Source of the DNA: a phage
Sequence record: PV806339.1
DNA: 60,026 nucleotides
Strand: one strand, 5' to 3'
A model generated the notes under the pieces. The model made no database searches. It was not told the origin of the DNA and saw nothing but the letters and a program-made list of their open reading frames with translations. Positions 47,327 through 55,608 of this stretch are shown here, one piece after another. A program made the position numbers and the translations under genes. Numbering within the stretch: position 1 is the first letter of the stretch; every line of letters begins with the position of its first letter.

Positions 47327-47875
47327 ATGAAACTAAATATCACCGCGCCGGGCCTGTTCTTTAATCGTAGCGGCGACCGCGTCACCGTGGATCAAATCGT
47401 TTTAGAGAATAGCGCCGGGGCCGTCGTGTCATTCCCTGTTAAGGGCCGGATCTGGAAAATGTACCGGGGCGCTTATCGTCCGCGTGAGTTCAAGATCTGG
47501 ACGGCGGCGGGCAAGTTTTACGCGGGCGAACAATCCCGATCGCCGTGGGATATTGTCGGCGAGGTTGTCGCGGACGATGTGCGCCCGGTGTACTGGCAAG
47601 ATCTGACCGATGTCCAGAAAGCGCAAGCCGCCGCCAAATATCACAACGGGGAAGGCACGCCGGAAGATTATTTCACCTATACGCCGGATCAATTCATCCT
47701 GATTAATGGTGACGTTTACGATCTGGACGCCGACGCGGCCGTTTATGAGGTGGAAGGGTTAAAAGGTCATGTGCGCATACTGGAAAGCTCAAAGGCGGAC
47801 GGGGCCGCGTTGGCGGTGCAATGTGTGGACGGCTGGCAAGTAATAAGCGTTTACCGCGTACAGGTGGCATCATGA
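47327..47875 (+). CDS. hypothetical early protein (182 aa)
   Basis: RBS AAGGGGAT. Confidence 0.5.
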   Translation: MKLNITAPGLFFNRSGDRVTVDQIVLENSAGAVVSFPVKGRIWKMYRGAYRPREFKIWTAAGKFYAGEQSRSPWDIVGEVVADDVRPVYWQDLTDVQKAQAAAKYHNGEGTPEDYFTYTPDQFILINGDVYDLDADAAVYEVEGLKGHVRILESSKADGAALAVQCVDGWQVISVYRVQVAS

Positions 47876-48093
47876 ATAAAACCGGATTTTCGGGGAACGC
47901 CGCAAGGGCCGCGATCAAGTTTACCGCGTGCGGCGCGATCGTGGCGTTTATCGGGGCGGCGGTTATTTTCGGCGACAACGTCGGGCCATATAAAGTGTTT
48001 TTGTATACCGTCGCCGGGGGCGTATGTGTGCGCCTGATTTGGCCGACTCAAGACGAGGGCGACGCGCTTTTAAAACGGGATGACGGCCCGTAA
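47872..48093 (+). CDS. small membrane protein (about 73 aa; start refined from ORF 47821)
   Basis: ATGA overlap; hydrophobic segments AIKFTACGAIVAFIGAAVIFG and VFLYTVAGGVCV. Confidence 0.4.
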   Translation: MNKTGFSGNAARAAIKFTACGAIVAFIGAAVIFGDNVGPYKVFLYTVAGGVCVRLIWPTQDEGDALLKRDDGP

Positions 48094-48127
48094 TGGTGAC
48101 GCGGCCGACGATTAAAGAGAAAAGTTA

Positions 48128-48157
48128 TTGACGCACGCCGCGTATATCATCTATTAT
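48128..48157 (+). promoter_or_regulatory. sigma70-like promoter with conserved extended spacer (+ strand)
   Basis: TTGACG (48128-48133), spacer CACGCCGCGTATATCAT (17), -10 CTATTA/TATTAT; followed by CCCTTCGGGGG hairpin. Confidence 0.55.
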
Positions 48158-48218
48158 TAAATTCCCTTCGGGGGCCGGGGGCAATGGGGCCGACGGTTAT
48201 CAAAACAGGTACATAAAA

Positions 48219-49388
48219 ATGACTCACGATCAAATCGTTGCAATGGTTAACAAATACAGCATTAAAGCCGATCGCGCCGTTTCTTATAACTTTGATAAAT
48301 ATGGTTCGACGCAAGTCGAGATCCGCGAGATTGACGGCGGCTGTTTAGTGTGGCGCGCGTGGTCTTATGAAAGCAATTTTGAAAACGTGTTAGAAAGCGC
48401 GCTCGATCATTCCGGTGTACTGAAAACCGCCGACGAAATCGCAGAACAGGAAGCCGCCGCACGCGCTCAAAAGCTCCGCAATGACGCGATTTTCTTTGAG
48501 GTTCACGGCTTCGAAGATGATTTCATTCTTAACCTGTCCGACTTTACCCGCGCTGAAATCGAAGCGGAGATCATCGCGATGAATGCAGAATTAAACGCGG
48601 CAAGCGCCGACGCCGACGCGGCAACGTTTGACGCCGCCGATCATGTTTTACGCTCAACCAATCCGGCCGGGGAATATGTGTATTTAAAGCGCGGTTTCTG
48701 GATGTTAGATCTTGAGGACGCGGAGATCCTGAACGCGCGCCCGGATATACACTGGACAAGCCTTTACGATACCCCGATCGAATATGTGACCGTTGAGCAG
48801 GCCCGCAAGGATGACCCGGAAAGCGATTTCATCAAGCAAATGAAAGCGGGCTATGTGACCGCCCCGGCCGACTATGTCGATCGCGCGTGCGCCGCCGTTG
48901 AGCGTGGCAACGTTAACGCATCGGGGATCGTGCTGCATACCTTGCGCGACAAAATCGACGGCGAATTTTACGAAATCTCGACCCGTATTAGCCCGGCCGA
49001 ATATCAGGTTTATCGTGTGCGCGTTGTCGTGTCGTGCTGCATTGATGGCGCGTTTCATAACGTCATTGAACTGGATCGCGACGTCAACACGGTTGAACAC
49101 GTCCGCGACGTGGTGCGCGTCGGCTGCATGAAACAATACATCAAGCAAGCCCGCGCGACGTTTGCCGCGACCGGGGCCGCAACGCTGAACAATGACAAGA
49201 CGGCGACCCGTATCAAGATTAAAACCGTTGCGGGCATGACGTTGATCGCTAAAACCGAAGACGTGATTTTTTCAGAAAGCGGCCTGTTTTGCTCCGCGTG
49301 GTTAATGCGCCTTGATTTACTGGAAAACAAGACATACGCGCAAGCCGTCCTAACGTCGCAAATCAAATCAATCGAATTTATCAAATAA
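48219..49388 (+). CDS. hypothetical early protein (389 aa)
   Basis: ORF downstream of promoter. Confidence 0.55.
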   Translation: MTHDQIVAMVNKYSIKADRAVSYNFDKYGSTQVEIREIDGGCLVWRAWSYESNFENVLESALDHSGVLKTADEIAEQEAAARAQKLRNDAIFFEVHGFEDDFILNLSDFTRAEIEAEIIAMNAELNAASADADAATFDAADHVLRSTNPAGEYVYLKRGFWMLDLEDAEILNARPDIHWTSLYDTPIEYVTVEQARKDDPESDFIKQMKAGYVTAPADYVDRACAAVERGNVNASGIVLHTLRDKIDGEFYEISTRISPAEYQVYRVRVVVSCCIDGAFHNVIELDRDVNTVEHVRDVVRVGCMKQYIKQARATFAATGAATLNNDKTATRIKIKTVAGMTLIAKTEDVIFSESGLFCSAWLMRLDLLENKTYAQAVLTSQIKSIEFIK

Positions 49389-49398
49389 GGGGATCGCG

Positions 49399-49623
49399 AT
49401 GTTTTACACCGTGCTTTTAAACGCCGACTTCGAAGGGGCGACAAACGTCAAAATCTTTTACGTGGAAGGGGAAACGGTAGAAGACGCCGTGACCGCCGCG
49501 ATCGATGACATCAACGCGACCGAAGCGGAGATCGGCGGGGATGACTTCGAACCGTTAGCGCGTGACCAGTTCACGATCATTGCAGTTTTTCCGGGCTATC
49601 AGCCTAACGTGTGGGAGGGTTAA
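49399..49623 (+). CDS. hypothetical early protein (74 aa)
   Basis: RBS AAGGGGAT. Confidence 0.4.
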   Translation: MFYTVLLNADFEGATNVKIFYVEGETVEDAVTAAIDDINATEAEIGGDDFEPLARDQFTIIAVFPGYQPNVWEG

Positions 49624-49626
49624 CCG

Positions 49627-49896
49627 ATGGAAATTAACGGCGTACAGGTCAAAAGCGTTGAGCGGTTCAGCAATTACGCGGAATGGTTAGCGCGTCAAAT
49701 GGTGGCGGGCGTGCCGTTGGCGTCGCACGCTTGCCCGCATTGCGGATCGGCGTTGCACGTCATCGCAAACGGTGACAAGGGCGATCAATGGGATTCTACT
49801 TGCGCTTGTCCGGTGTGCGCGGGCTTCTTTCATCGCTCAATCATTCACGGCGAAAAGCCGGAAATAACGATCGTTAAACTGGATCGAGGTTGGTAA
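49627..49896 (+). CDS. putative zinc-ribbon protein (89 aa)
   Basis: Cys motifs CPHCGS...CACPVC. Confidence 0.45.
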   Translation: MEINGVQVKSVERFSNYAEWLARQMVAGVPLASHACPHCGSALHVIANGDKGDQWDSTCACPVCAGFFHRSIIHGEKPEITIVKLDRGW

Positions 49897-50048
49897 TTAT
49901 GGCGGGCTTATGGTTTTTAGTGGTGACGATGTGCGGCGCGGTTGGCGCTGATAATATGGCGGCCGATTGTCACGATTATGTTATTGACGCGGGGATCTCT
50001 TATGACGATTGCCGCGCGGCCGTGGCGAGGCGGTAGAAGGGGGCAACG

Positions 50049-50300
50049 ATGAATAAAGGCCAATACCGCGCCGCGCGTCGCCTGATACGTGATAACGGGA
50101 TCTATGCGTTGCGATGGCTGGACGATGACACCGCGCCGATTATGGACGTGTTAGCAAGCCAGCCGGATGACCAGTTAGAGACAAGGGCGGCGATCGTGGC
50201 GTACAGCGCCCGCGCCGGGCTTGCGTGCAATGTGCGTAAAACGGCGTCACTTGACCTTTTAGCGCGGTACCATGACCGCAAGGCGGCCGCGAATGGATAA
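50049..50300 (+). CDS. hypothetical early protein (83 aa)
   Basis: ORF. Confidence 0.4.
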   Translation: MNKGQYRAARRLIRDNGIYALRWLDDDTAPIMDVLASQPDDQLETRAAIVAYSARAGLACNVRKTASLDLLARYHDRKAAANG

Positions 50301-50544
50301 GGCGCAACGCTTAACGGCCGCACGTATGGCGGCGGATCGGTATGCCGGGATCGCAAGGGCAAAAGGTTTTAAGCGTCATATTGATGGCGTGACGTTTACC
50401 CGGGCCGATGCGGATCTAACGTGGGATGACCGGGCGCGCGCTTTCCGTGTGACGCTGTACAAAATGGACGGGGCCGCGCGTCTTGCCGTTGCCACTGTAC
50501 GCGCTAACGCGATGCTTAACGTGCTGTTAAAAGCGTTTATCTAA
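50293..50544 (+). CDS. hypothetical early protein (about 83 aa; start refined from ORF 50272)
   Basis: ATG at 50293 overlapping previous stop. Confidence 0.4.
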   Translation: MDKAQRLTAARMAADRYAGIARAKGFKRHIDGVTFTRADADLTWDDRARAFRVTLYKMDGAARLAVATVRANAMLNVLLKAFI

Positions 50545-50613
50545 AACCGAATTTTCGGGGAACGCCGCACGATCCCTTTTAACCTGTTTTGACATATTCC
50601 CCATGTATCAAAG

Positions 50614-50637
50614 GCCGCCTATCCGGGCGGCTTTTTT
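50614..50637 (+). terminator. Rho-independent terminator ending the + strand early cluster
   Basis: Stem GCCGCC / GGCGGC with loop tatccg followed by TTTTTT. Confidence 0.7.
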
Positions 50638-50648
50638 ATTGCCTTTCT

Positions 50649-50846
50649 GATATACGCGGCGTGCGTTGGTGTGCCGTGTATCGGGCCTATGGTGCGCCGC
50701 TGTAGTTGATATACGCGGCGTGCGTATGGCGGCCCGTCCTGCTTTCTTCCTTCCTGATATACACGACGTGCATCAATGCGGCCTTATGTGCGCGCTATGC
50801 CGTATGGCGGCCCGCTATGGTGCTGCATGATATACGCGGCGTGCGT
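50649..50846. repeat. four copies of the promoter-core motif in reverse orientation (GATATACGCGGCGTGCGT)
   Basis: Copies at 50649-50666, 50708-50725, 50755-50775 (variant), 50829-50846; reverse complement of the spacer core of the 45494 and 48128 promoters; no matching -10 on the - strand. Confidence 0.8.
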
Positions 50847-51307
50847 TGGTGTGCGGCTGTATATGGCTATCTATTCCCCTTTCTATGGTATCCCCTGCTA
50901 TATGGTGTGACGGGGCGTTATTGTATGCCCTTATTTCGGCCGCTATGGGGGCTAGGCGGGGCGATCGTGGTGTAAGGTATGCCTACCTATTACGATCTAT
51001 CTTGCGAGGCGTGGCGGGCGGCTGAGAAAGAATTACGGTCACGATTTCAAAAAGGTACTTACCCGCCAGTCGGTCGGCCCGGGGGTGCGCAGAGCCGCTT
51101 TCTCGGAAAATGGGCCGGATCTGCCATAGCCCCGCTTTGCGAAATCAATAACTTAGCCGAAAAACCGAATTTCTCCCGTAGGGAGTCTCCAAATCGCGGT
51201 GGTGACGGGGGTGCGGGCGGAACGGCGCTTTAGCCCCGCAATCGGTTGATTGTATTACTGTTTTACCCGGTGGGCGGGTGCTGACCAAGTCCACGGCAGC
51301 AGTATCA

Positions 51308-51590
51308 GGTTACAAGTTACAGACGGGTTACAAGTTTTTCGCTTTGTAACCTCTAACTATCTCACTGTTTTTACTGCGTTTTTCTCCTATAAAGTTACAA
51401 GTTACAAATAAAGTATAGTAATAGTCCAGAAATAGAGAAAACGAGGTAAAAATGTGAATTTTATATAGGGGGGAATTTTACCCGGGCGCTAAACCACTTC
51501 GGTTTGTAACCTGAATACCCGGATCGCTGAGAGCCGCGCCACCACTGGCCCGAACATGGTTACAAACGGCGAAAATGGTATGTAACCTTT
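51308..51590. repeat. iteron array of GTTACAA / TTGTAAC heptamers (at least 8 copies, both orientations)
   Basis: GGTTACAAG at 51308 and 51325, TTGTAACC at 51344 and 51504, tandem GTTACAAGTTACAA at 51394-51407, GGTTACAAAC at 51558, TGTAACC at 51580; AT-rich surroundings. Confidence 0.8.
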
Positions 51591-51608
51591 TGCCCGTTTT
51601 GGCCGTTT

Positions 51609-51662
51609 TCTTGCGTTTCAATAACAAATTTGTTATACGTCTTGCCCCGAATCCTGCTATAA
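51609..51662 (+). promoter_or_regulatory. candidate promoter/operator region upstream of XRE regulator
   Basis: Palindrome ACAAATTTGT, TATAAT hexamer, repeated TTTGTTATA. Confidence 0.35.
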
Positions 51663-51696
51663 TTTATTTGTTATAAACAGCAAAAATAGGTCAAAA

Positions 51697-51984
51697 ATGC
51701 AGCACGATGAATGCCGTGAAACGTTGATGGATTTCAAACGACAATTACAGACACATTTGAAGGCGATTTTACGTCGTCAGGGGGTCACACAGAGCGCGCT
51801 TGCGACGATGATCGGCGTACACCAGTCAAGATTAAGTTTCATGCTTAACAGTGACGCAGACAGAGTTTCGATCGATAAACTCATTGAAGCGATAGTGAAA
51901 CTGGACGGCGTGTTTATGGTGAAAATCGGAGATCAAACAGACATAAATCGAGTGCGGTACAAGGAGTGCGAAGACAACGTTTGA
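51697..51984 (+). CDS. XRE-family helix-turn-helix transcriptional regulator (95 aa)
   Basis: HTH GVTQSALATMIGVHQSRLSFML typical of Cro/CI-type regulators. Confidence 0.65.
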   Translation: MQHDECRETLMDFKRQLQTHLKAILRRQGVTQSALATMIGVHQSRLSFMLNSDADRVSIDKLIEAIVKLDGVFMVKIGDQTDINRVRYKECEDNV

Positions 51985-51995
51985 CAGACAAAAAT

Positions 51996-52020
51996 AAGGC
52001 CGGATTTCCCGGCCTTTTTA
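51996..52020. terminator. bidirectional Rho-independent terminator between convergent genes
   Basis: Stem AAGGCCGG / CCGGCCTT with loop atttc; A-run upstream and T-run downstream. Confidence 0.7.
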
Positions 52021-52024
52021 TCGA

Positions 52025-54610
52025 CTAAACTTCGTCTTCATCGTCAAACGGGTCTGGCTTTTTGCCGACCAGTTTTTCGACTTCTGCGTCATGCCGTTTT
52101 AACGTAGTCTGCACCCACGACGAGTTAAGTTTCCCCGCGTCGTCGAATGCCCCTTTGACCCGCTTCCTGACATAAACGCGGCCAGATTCGCCGCCAAATT
52201 TGACCACGCCGCCCGGCTTGAAGCCCAATTCCATAAGCATGTTTTTCAGGCGGTTCGTCTTCGGCATTTCCACGTCTGTCATTTCGAGGAATGCGTTTTT
52301 CAGGGACGGCACGAAGATGACGTCGCGGTGTACGCCCGGCGTCGTTCCGTCACGAAGCATTTGTGCGATTGCGCCTTCCACGCCATCGTCAGACGCGTCG
52401 GCCATGACCGCGAATGCTTCGGTGTCCTGCGGTGCGTGTCCTTTGGCATCGAAATCCTTTCCGATCTCCCAATCGAGGAACCACTTTTTGATAGCAGGTG
52501 CGTGGTTTTCGATTGCCCGGTACACGTTTTTGAAGAAGCGCGCGCGTTCAGTCTTCGACCCGTAAACCCGCTCCATGTCCAGATGATTTTCTGCCTGCGT
52601 GGACACCACCAGATAACGACGCTGGTTTTCATCGAGTGGCAATGCGTTGAAGTGGTTGGTGAACATCATTTTGCTGCTGGTGTTCACGACTTCCTTCGGC
52701 TTGCGGCCCTTTGGCTCAATCTGGAAGCGATCGTTTGTGATGAATTCCTTCTGGCGTTCCACCGCGCTGTACCGATCGCCTTTGTCGTAGATCTCTTCCA
52801 CGATTTTCAGGATGTGGCCCTCGGCCCAATCGCTGAAACGGCCATTCATCACGGTGTTTGACACATAGCCCACGTTCGACGCGCCGAGCATCCGCGACAT
52901 GATGATGCCGAGCGTCGTTTTACCAGAACCATGCGCACCACGGATCAGAAGCGAGTAGTTGATGCGTTTCGTTGGGTGCTGAATAACCCACGCCATCCAG
53001 TCCAGAACATAGCGGCGTTCCTTCTCGTTCGGGAAAAGCACGATGAAGAAGTCTTTGATGATCTCCAGCGCCTTTTTGTCGTACGGAGAAAGGTCAGTCG
53101 CGGCCTCCGGAATGGATTCAGGGTCAAAAGAGTTCAGCCACGTACGCCCACGGTCGTCAATAAAGAATTCCGGCCCGATCACCCCCTCTTTCGGCTTCCA
53201 CACAGATTCCGGCATGTCACCGTGCATCGCCGGGTAGTACATCGCGTCCCAAACGATAGGAACCGGGCGGACTACCGACGCATAGTGGACAGGCTTGAAG
53301 GCTTCTTCCTCAAACACGCATTTTTTCGCAAAAGCGACGTCGAAAGCGCCTTTTGTGATGTAATCGCCCGTGGTTTTTTCGATAAAACTGTCATTTGCCT
53401 TCGAGAAAACGAAGTTTTTCAGCCACTGCGGAGTCTCTTTTGACCCGTAATCGAAGCCCAAAAGCTCCCTTTTGTCACCAGCAGTGAGGCGGAAGTTGTT
53501 GATCCTGCGGTATGCTTCGGCCGCAATCTGGACGATGGCCTTGCGGGTAAGCCCGAAAATCTGCGCTTTTTTGAATGATTCGGCCCACGCATTCCAGTCA
53601 TTCGCCTCGGTACACTCGGCGAAAGCCTCGCGGTACTCGATGGCGCGTTCTTCCTGCTCGGCTTTCTCGATGTCCTGCACTTCTTTGATGATGGTGCCGA
53701 GCGTGATCAGTCGAGTCGAGTTGTGCGCGAAGCCCTTATCCCACTTGTATTCGAAATCACCTTCGTCGAAGTTGTGTGCCTGCATGGCCCATTCGCGGGC
53801 AATGGCCTTCGCCTCGTCCTGATCGCGGCAGGAAATTTGCAGCGCGGCCAGTACGGTGATGTAGTTCTCGTAATCTTCCGGGTTCGGGTATTTCAGGACG
53901 ATGTCGCGCAGTTCATCGTACGTGCCGTCCCACTTTTTGACGTCAGACAGCGCGGCCCAATCGTCATCGTCTGCCGAACCGATAGACTCATAACCGTTCA
54001 TTGGCCGTTTGACCATTGTCCAGCCCAAGTCCTTCGCGTATCGGTCGAATTCGGCGGCGATCTCGCGAGCGGTATCGAGGCTGATCTCTTCGAGGTCAAG
54101 GTCGGCGGCGTTGTTCAGCGGATTCTCGCCATCAATCCAGTAATAGTCGCGCTTGGTGTCCGGGTGGATACCGTACGCAACGAACTGCTGGCCGTCGGCG
54201 AGGATTTCAACTGCATGGCGCTGGCCGAAGTCGTCTTCCCACACGCCGGATTTCACTTTGGCGAACGGGTTTTCGGTTCGGTACAGGTAGAGTTTCTTCG
54301 GCTCCCGGCCGATACGACATGGCGCTGCACCGACGTTCTCGGCGATCCAGTCTGCCATGTGCGCCACGGCGTCTTCATCGTAAACGTCGATGTCAACCGC
54401 CGGGGTGTATTTGGTCAGAATCCCGATGCCGTTATTCGTATAGCGTTTCGCCCAACGCTGGATCTGCTCCTTATCATTGATTGTTCGTTCCCAATCTTCA
54501 CCGATAGGGCGTTTGCCCGCACCCTTCTTATCGGCGTCCGGGGCGTAGATAGGTACGATGGTGTACCCATTCCCCCAAAGCGTTTCGCCGTACTCTTGCC
54601 AGTAGTTCAT
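52025..54610 (-). CDS. bifunctional DNA primase-polymerase / SF3 (D5/P4-type) helicase (861 aa), ends ...DDEDEV
   Basis: N-terminal prim-pol-like region (GIGILTKYTPAVDIDVYD); C-terminal Walker A LIRGAHGSGKTTLG. Confidence 0.7.
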   Translation of the reverse strand: MNYWQEYGETLWGNGYTIVPIYAPDADKKGAGKRPIGEDWERTINDKEQIQRWAKRYTNNGIGILTKYTPAVDIDVYDEDAVAHMADWIAENVGAAPCRIGREPKKLYLYRTENPFAKVKSGVWEDDFGQRHAVEILADGQQFVAYGIHPDTKRDYYWIDGENPLNNAADLDLEEISLDTAREIAAEFDRYAKDLGWTMVKRPMNGYESIGSADDDDWAALSDVKKWDGTYDELRDIVLKYPNPEDYENYITVLAALQISCRDQDEAKAIAREWAMQAHNFDEGDFEYKWDKGFAHNSTRLITLGTIIKEVQDIEKAEQEERAIEYREAFAECTEANDWNAWAESFKKAQIFGLTRKAIVQIAAEAYRRINNFRLTAGDKRELLGFDYGSKETPQWLKNFVFSKANDSFIEKTTGDYITKGAFDVAFAKKCVFEEEAFKPVHYASVVRPVPIVWDAMYYPAMHGDMPESVWKPKEGVIGPEFFIDDRGRTWLNSFDPESIPEAATDLSPYDKKALEIIKDFFIVLFPNEKERRYVLDWMAWVIQHPTKRINYSLLIRGAHGSGKTTLGIIMSRMLGASNVGYVSNTVMNGRFSDWAEGHILKIVEEIYDKGDRYSAVERQKEFITNDRFQIEPKGRKPKEVVNTSSKMMFTNHFNALPLDENQRRYLVVSTQAENHLDMERVYGSKTERARFFKNVYRAIENHAPAIKKWFLDWEIGKDFDAKGHAPQDTEAFAVMADASDDGVEGAIAQMLRDGTTPGVHRDVIFVPSLKNAFLEMTDVEMPKTNRLKNMLMELGFKPGGVVKFGGESGRVYVRKRVKGAFDDAGKLNSSWVQTTLKRHDAEVEKLVGKKPDPFDDEDEV

Positions 54611-54888
54611 TCAAGGATTTCCCCTGTTTCGCTGTCCGTTTTGATCCATGAAGGGTTAGTCAGCCAATGCGGACGGATGCCGCAGTGAGGGACAGCTTTG
54701 CAAACTTTTTCGGCCACGCTGCTCGTTACGTTGTTCTGCACGGCCCATAACAATGTCGGGTAACTGATCTTCGCTGCCTTCGCCAGTTCGGCCATTCTGG
54801 CGTTCGGGTCTACCTCCAAAGCCGCTTGCATCATGAGAAATTTGACCCGCATCCGGTCGTCGTTTAAAGCCCAATCTGGAAATCGCAT
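54607..54888 (-). CDS. small HTH-like protein (93 aa), upstream of primase
   Basis: HTH-like MAELAKAAKISYPTLLWAVQ; ATGA overlap with primase start. Confidence 0.45.
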   Translation of the reverse strand: MRFPDWALNDDRMRVKFLMMQAALEVDPNARMAELAKAAKISYPTLLWAVQNNVTSSVAEKVCKAVPHCGIRPHWLTNPSWIKTDSETGEILE

Positions 54889-54930
54889 AGTGATGCCCTC
54901 GCGTAATGTGCGCGTGTTATAGATTTGCGG

Positions 54931-54959
54931 ATATTATATCCGGGCTTGACATCTGTCAA
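54931..54959 (-). promoter_or_regulatory. sigma70-like promoter for primase operon (- strand)
   Basis: On - strand: TTGACA, 17-nt spacer GATGTCAAGCCCGGATA, -10 TAATAT; -35 lies within palindrome TTGACATCTGTCAA. Confidence 0.5.
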
Positions 54960-55048
54960 GTTGGCCAGTTATTCGGGTACCAAAGGCGCTTTATGTCCGG
55001 AAAACAAAGGGCTTGCGGTACCCGAATAAAAAATTTCTAAAAAAGTGT

Positions 55049-55078
55049 TTGACAGTGATTCGGCGTTTGGGCCATACT
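55049..55078 (+). promoter_or_regulatory. sigma70-like promoter for + strand replication genes
   Basis: TTGACA (55049-55054), 18-nt spacer, -10 CATACT (55073-55078). Confidence 0.5.
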
Positions 55079-55130
55079 TCATCCCGTCAACACGACACGA
55101 CCTTTTAAACACTTAACGGAGTAGAAAATT

Positions 55131-55547
55131 ATGTCTGGTATCTTCGAACAACTGCTGGCTGAACAACAAAAAACCAACACCCTGCTGGAAGGCGTTCTGG
55201 CAGCACTGAAAGGCGGCGCGGTGAACACTTCCGCTGACGCTGGTAGCGAAACTACTGAAAAAACCACCACCACCAAAGGCGGTGCTAAGGGCGGCGCGAA
55301 AGGCGGTGCAGGTAAAACCGAAACTAAAGCGGTCAAGCCTAAACACACCAAAGACGAAGTAGTCGCGGCTGTCGTTGCGGTTAAAGACGCGTTCGGCGCG
55401 CCGGAAGCCAAGAAAATCACCGCACACTTCGGCCTCGCCAAAGTCGCGGAAGCGAAGGAAGAACACTTCGACGAAATCGTCGAAATGTGTGAAGCCAAAC
55501 TGGCTGAAAAAGATGAAGGCGGTAACGGCGAAGAAGACGACGTTTAA
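55131..55547 (+). CDS. hypothetical Lys/Ala/Gly-rich protein (138 aa), ends ...GEEDDV
   Basis: RBS GGAG; KGGAKGGAKGGAGK repeat; flanked by promoter and terminator. Confidence 0.55.
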   Translation: MSGIFEQLLAEQQKTNTLLEGVLAALKGGAVNTSADAGSETTEKTTTTKGGAKGGAKGGAGKTETKAVKPKHTKDEVVAAVVAVKDAFGAPEAKKITAHFGLAKVAEAKEEHFDEIVEMCEAKLAEKDEGGNGEEDDV

Positions 55548-55562
55548 TCTTTCGCCCCGCAT

Positions 55563-55587
55563 CGGCTCCCTTCGGGGGGCCGTTTTT
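55563..55587 (+). terminator. Rho-independent terminator with UUCG tetraloop
   Basis: Stem CGGCTCCC / GGGGGCCG, loop TTCG, then TTTTT. Confidence 0.65.
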
Positions 55588-55608
55588 CACACCAACGGAG
55601 AGGCAATT

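Noticed and set aside
50706-51233. ORFs 50706..50975 and 50979..51233
   Set aside because: Fall within the repeat array and iteron-containing non-coding region; translation dominated by repeat-derived residues; more likely regulatory DNA.
50545-51696. Possible tRNA or small RNA gene in the long non-coding region
   Set aside because: No cloverleaf-compatible segment with a GTTCRANYC T-loop found by eye; cannot exclude an ncRNA without covariance-model search (tRNAscan-SE/Infernal).
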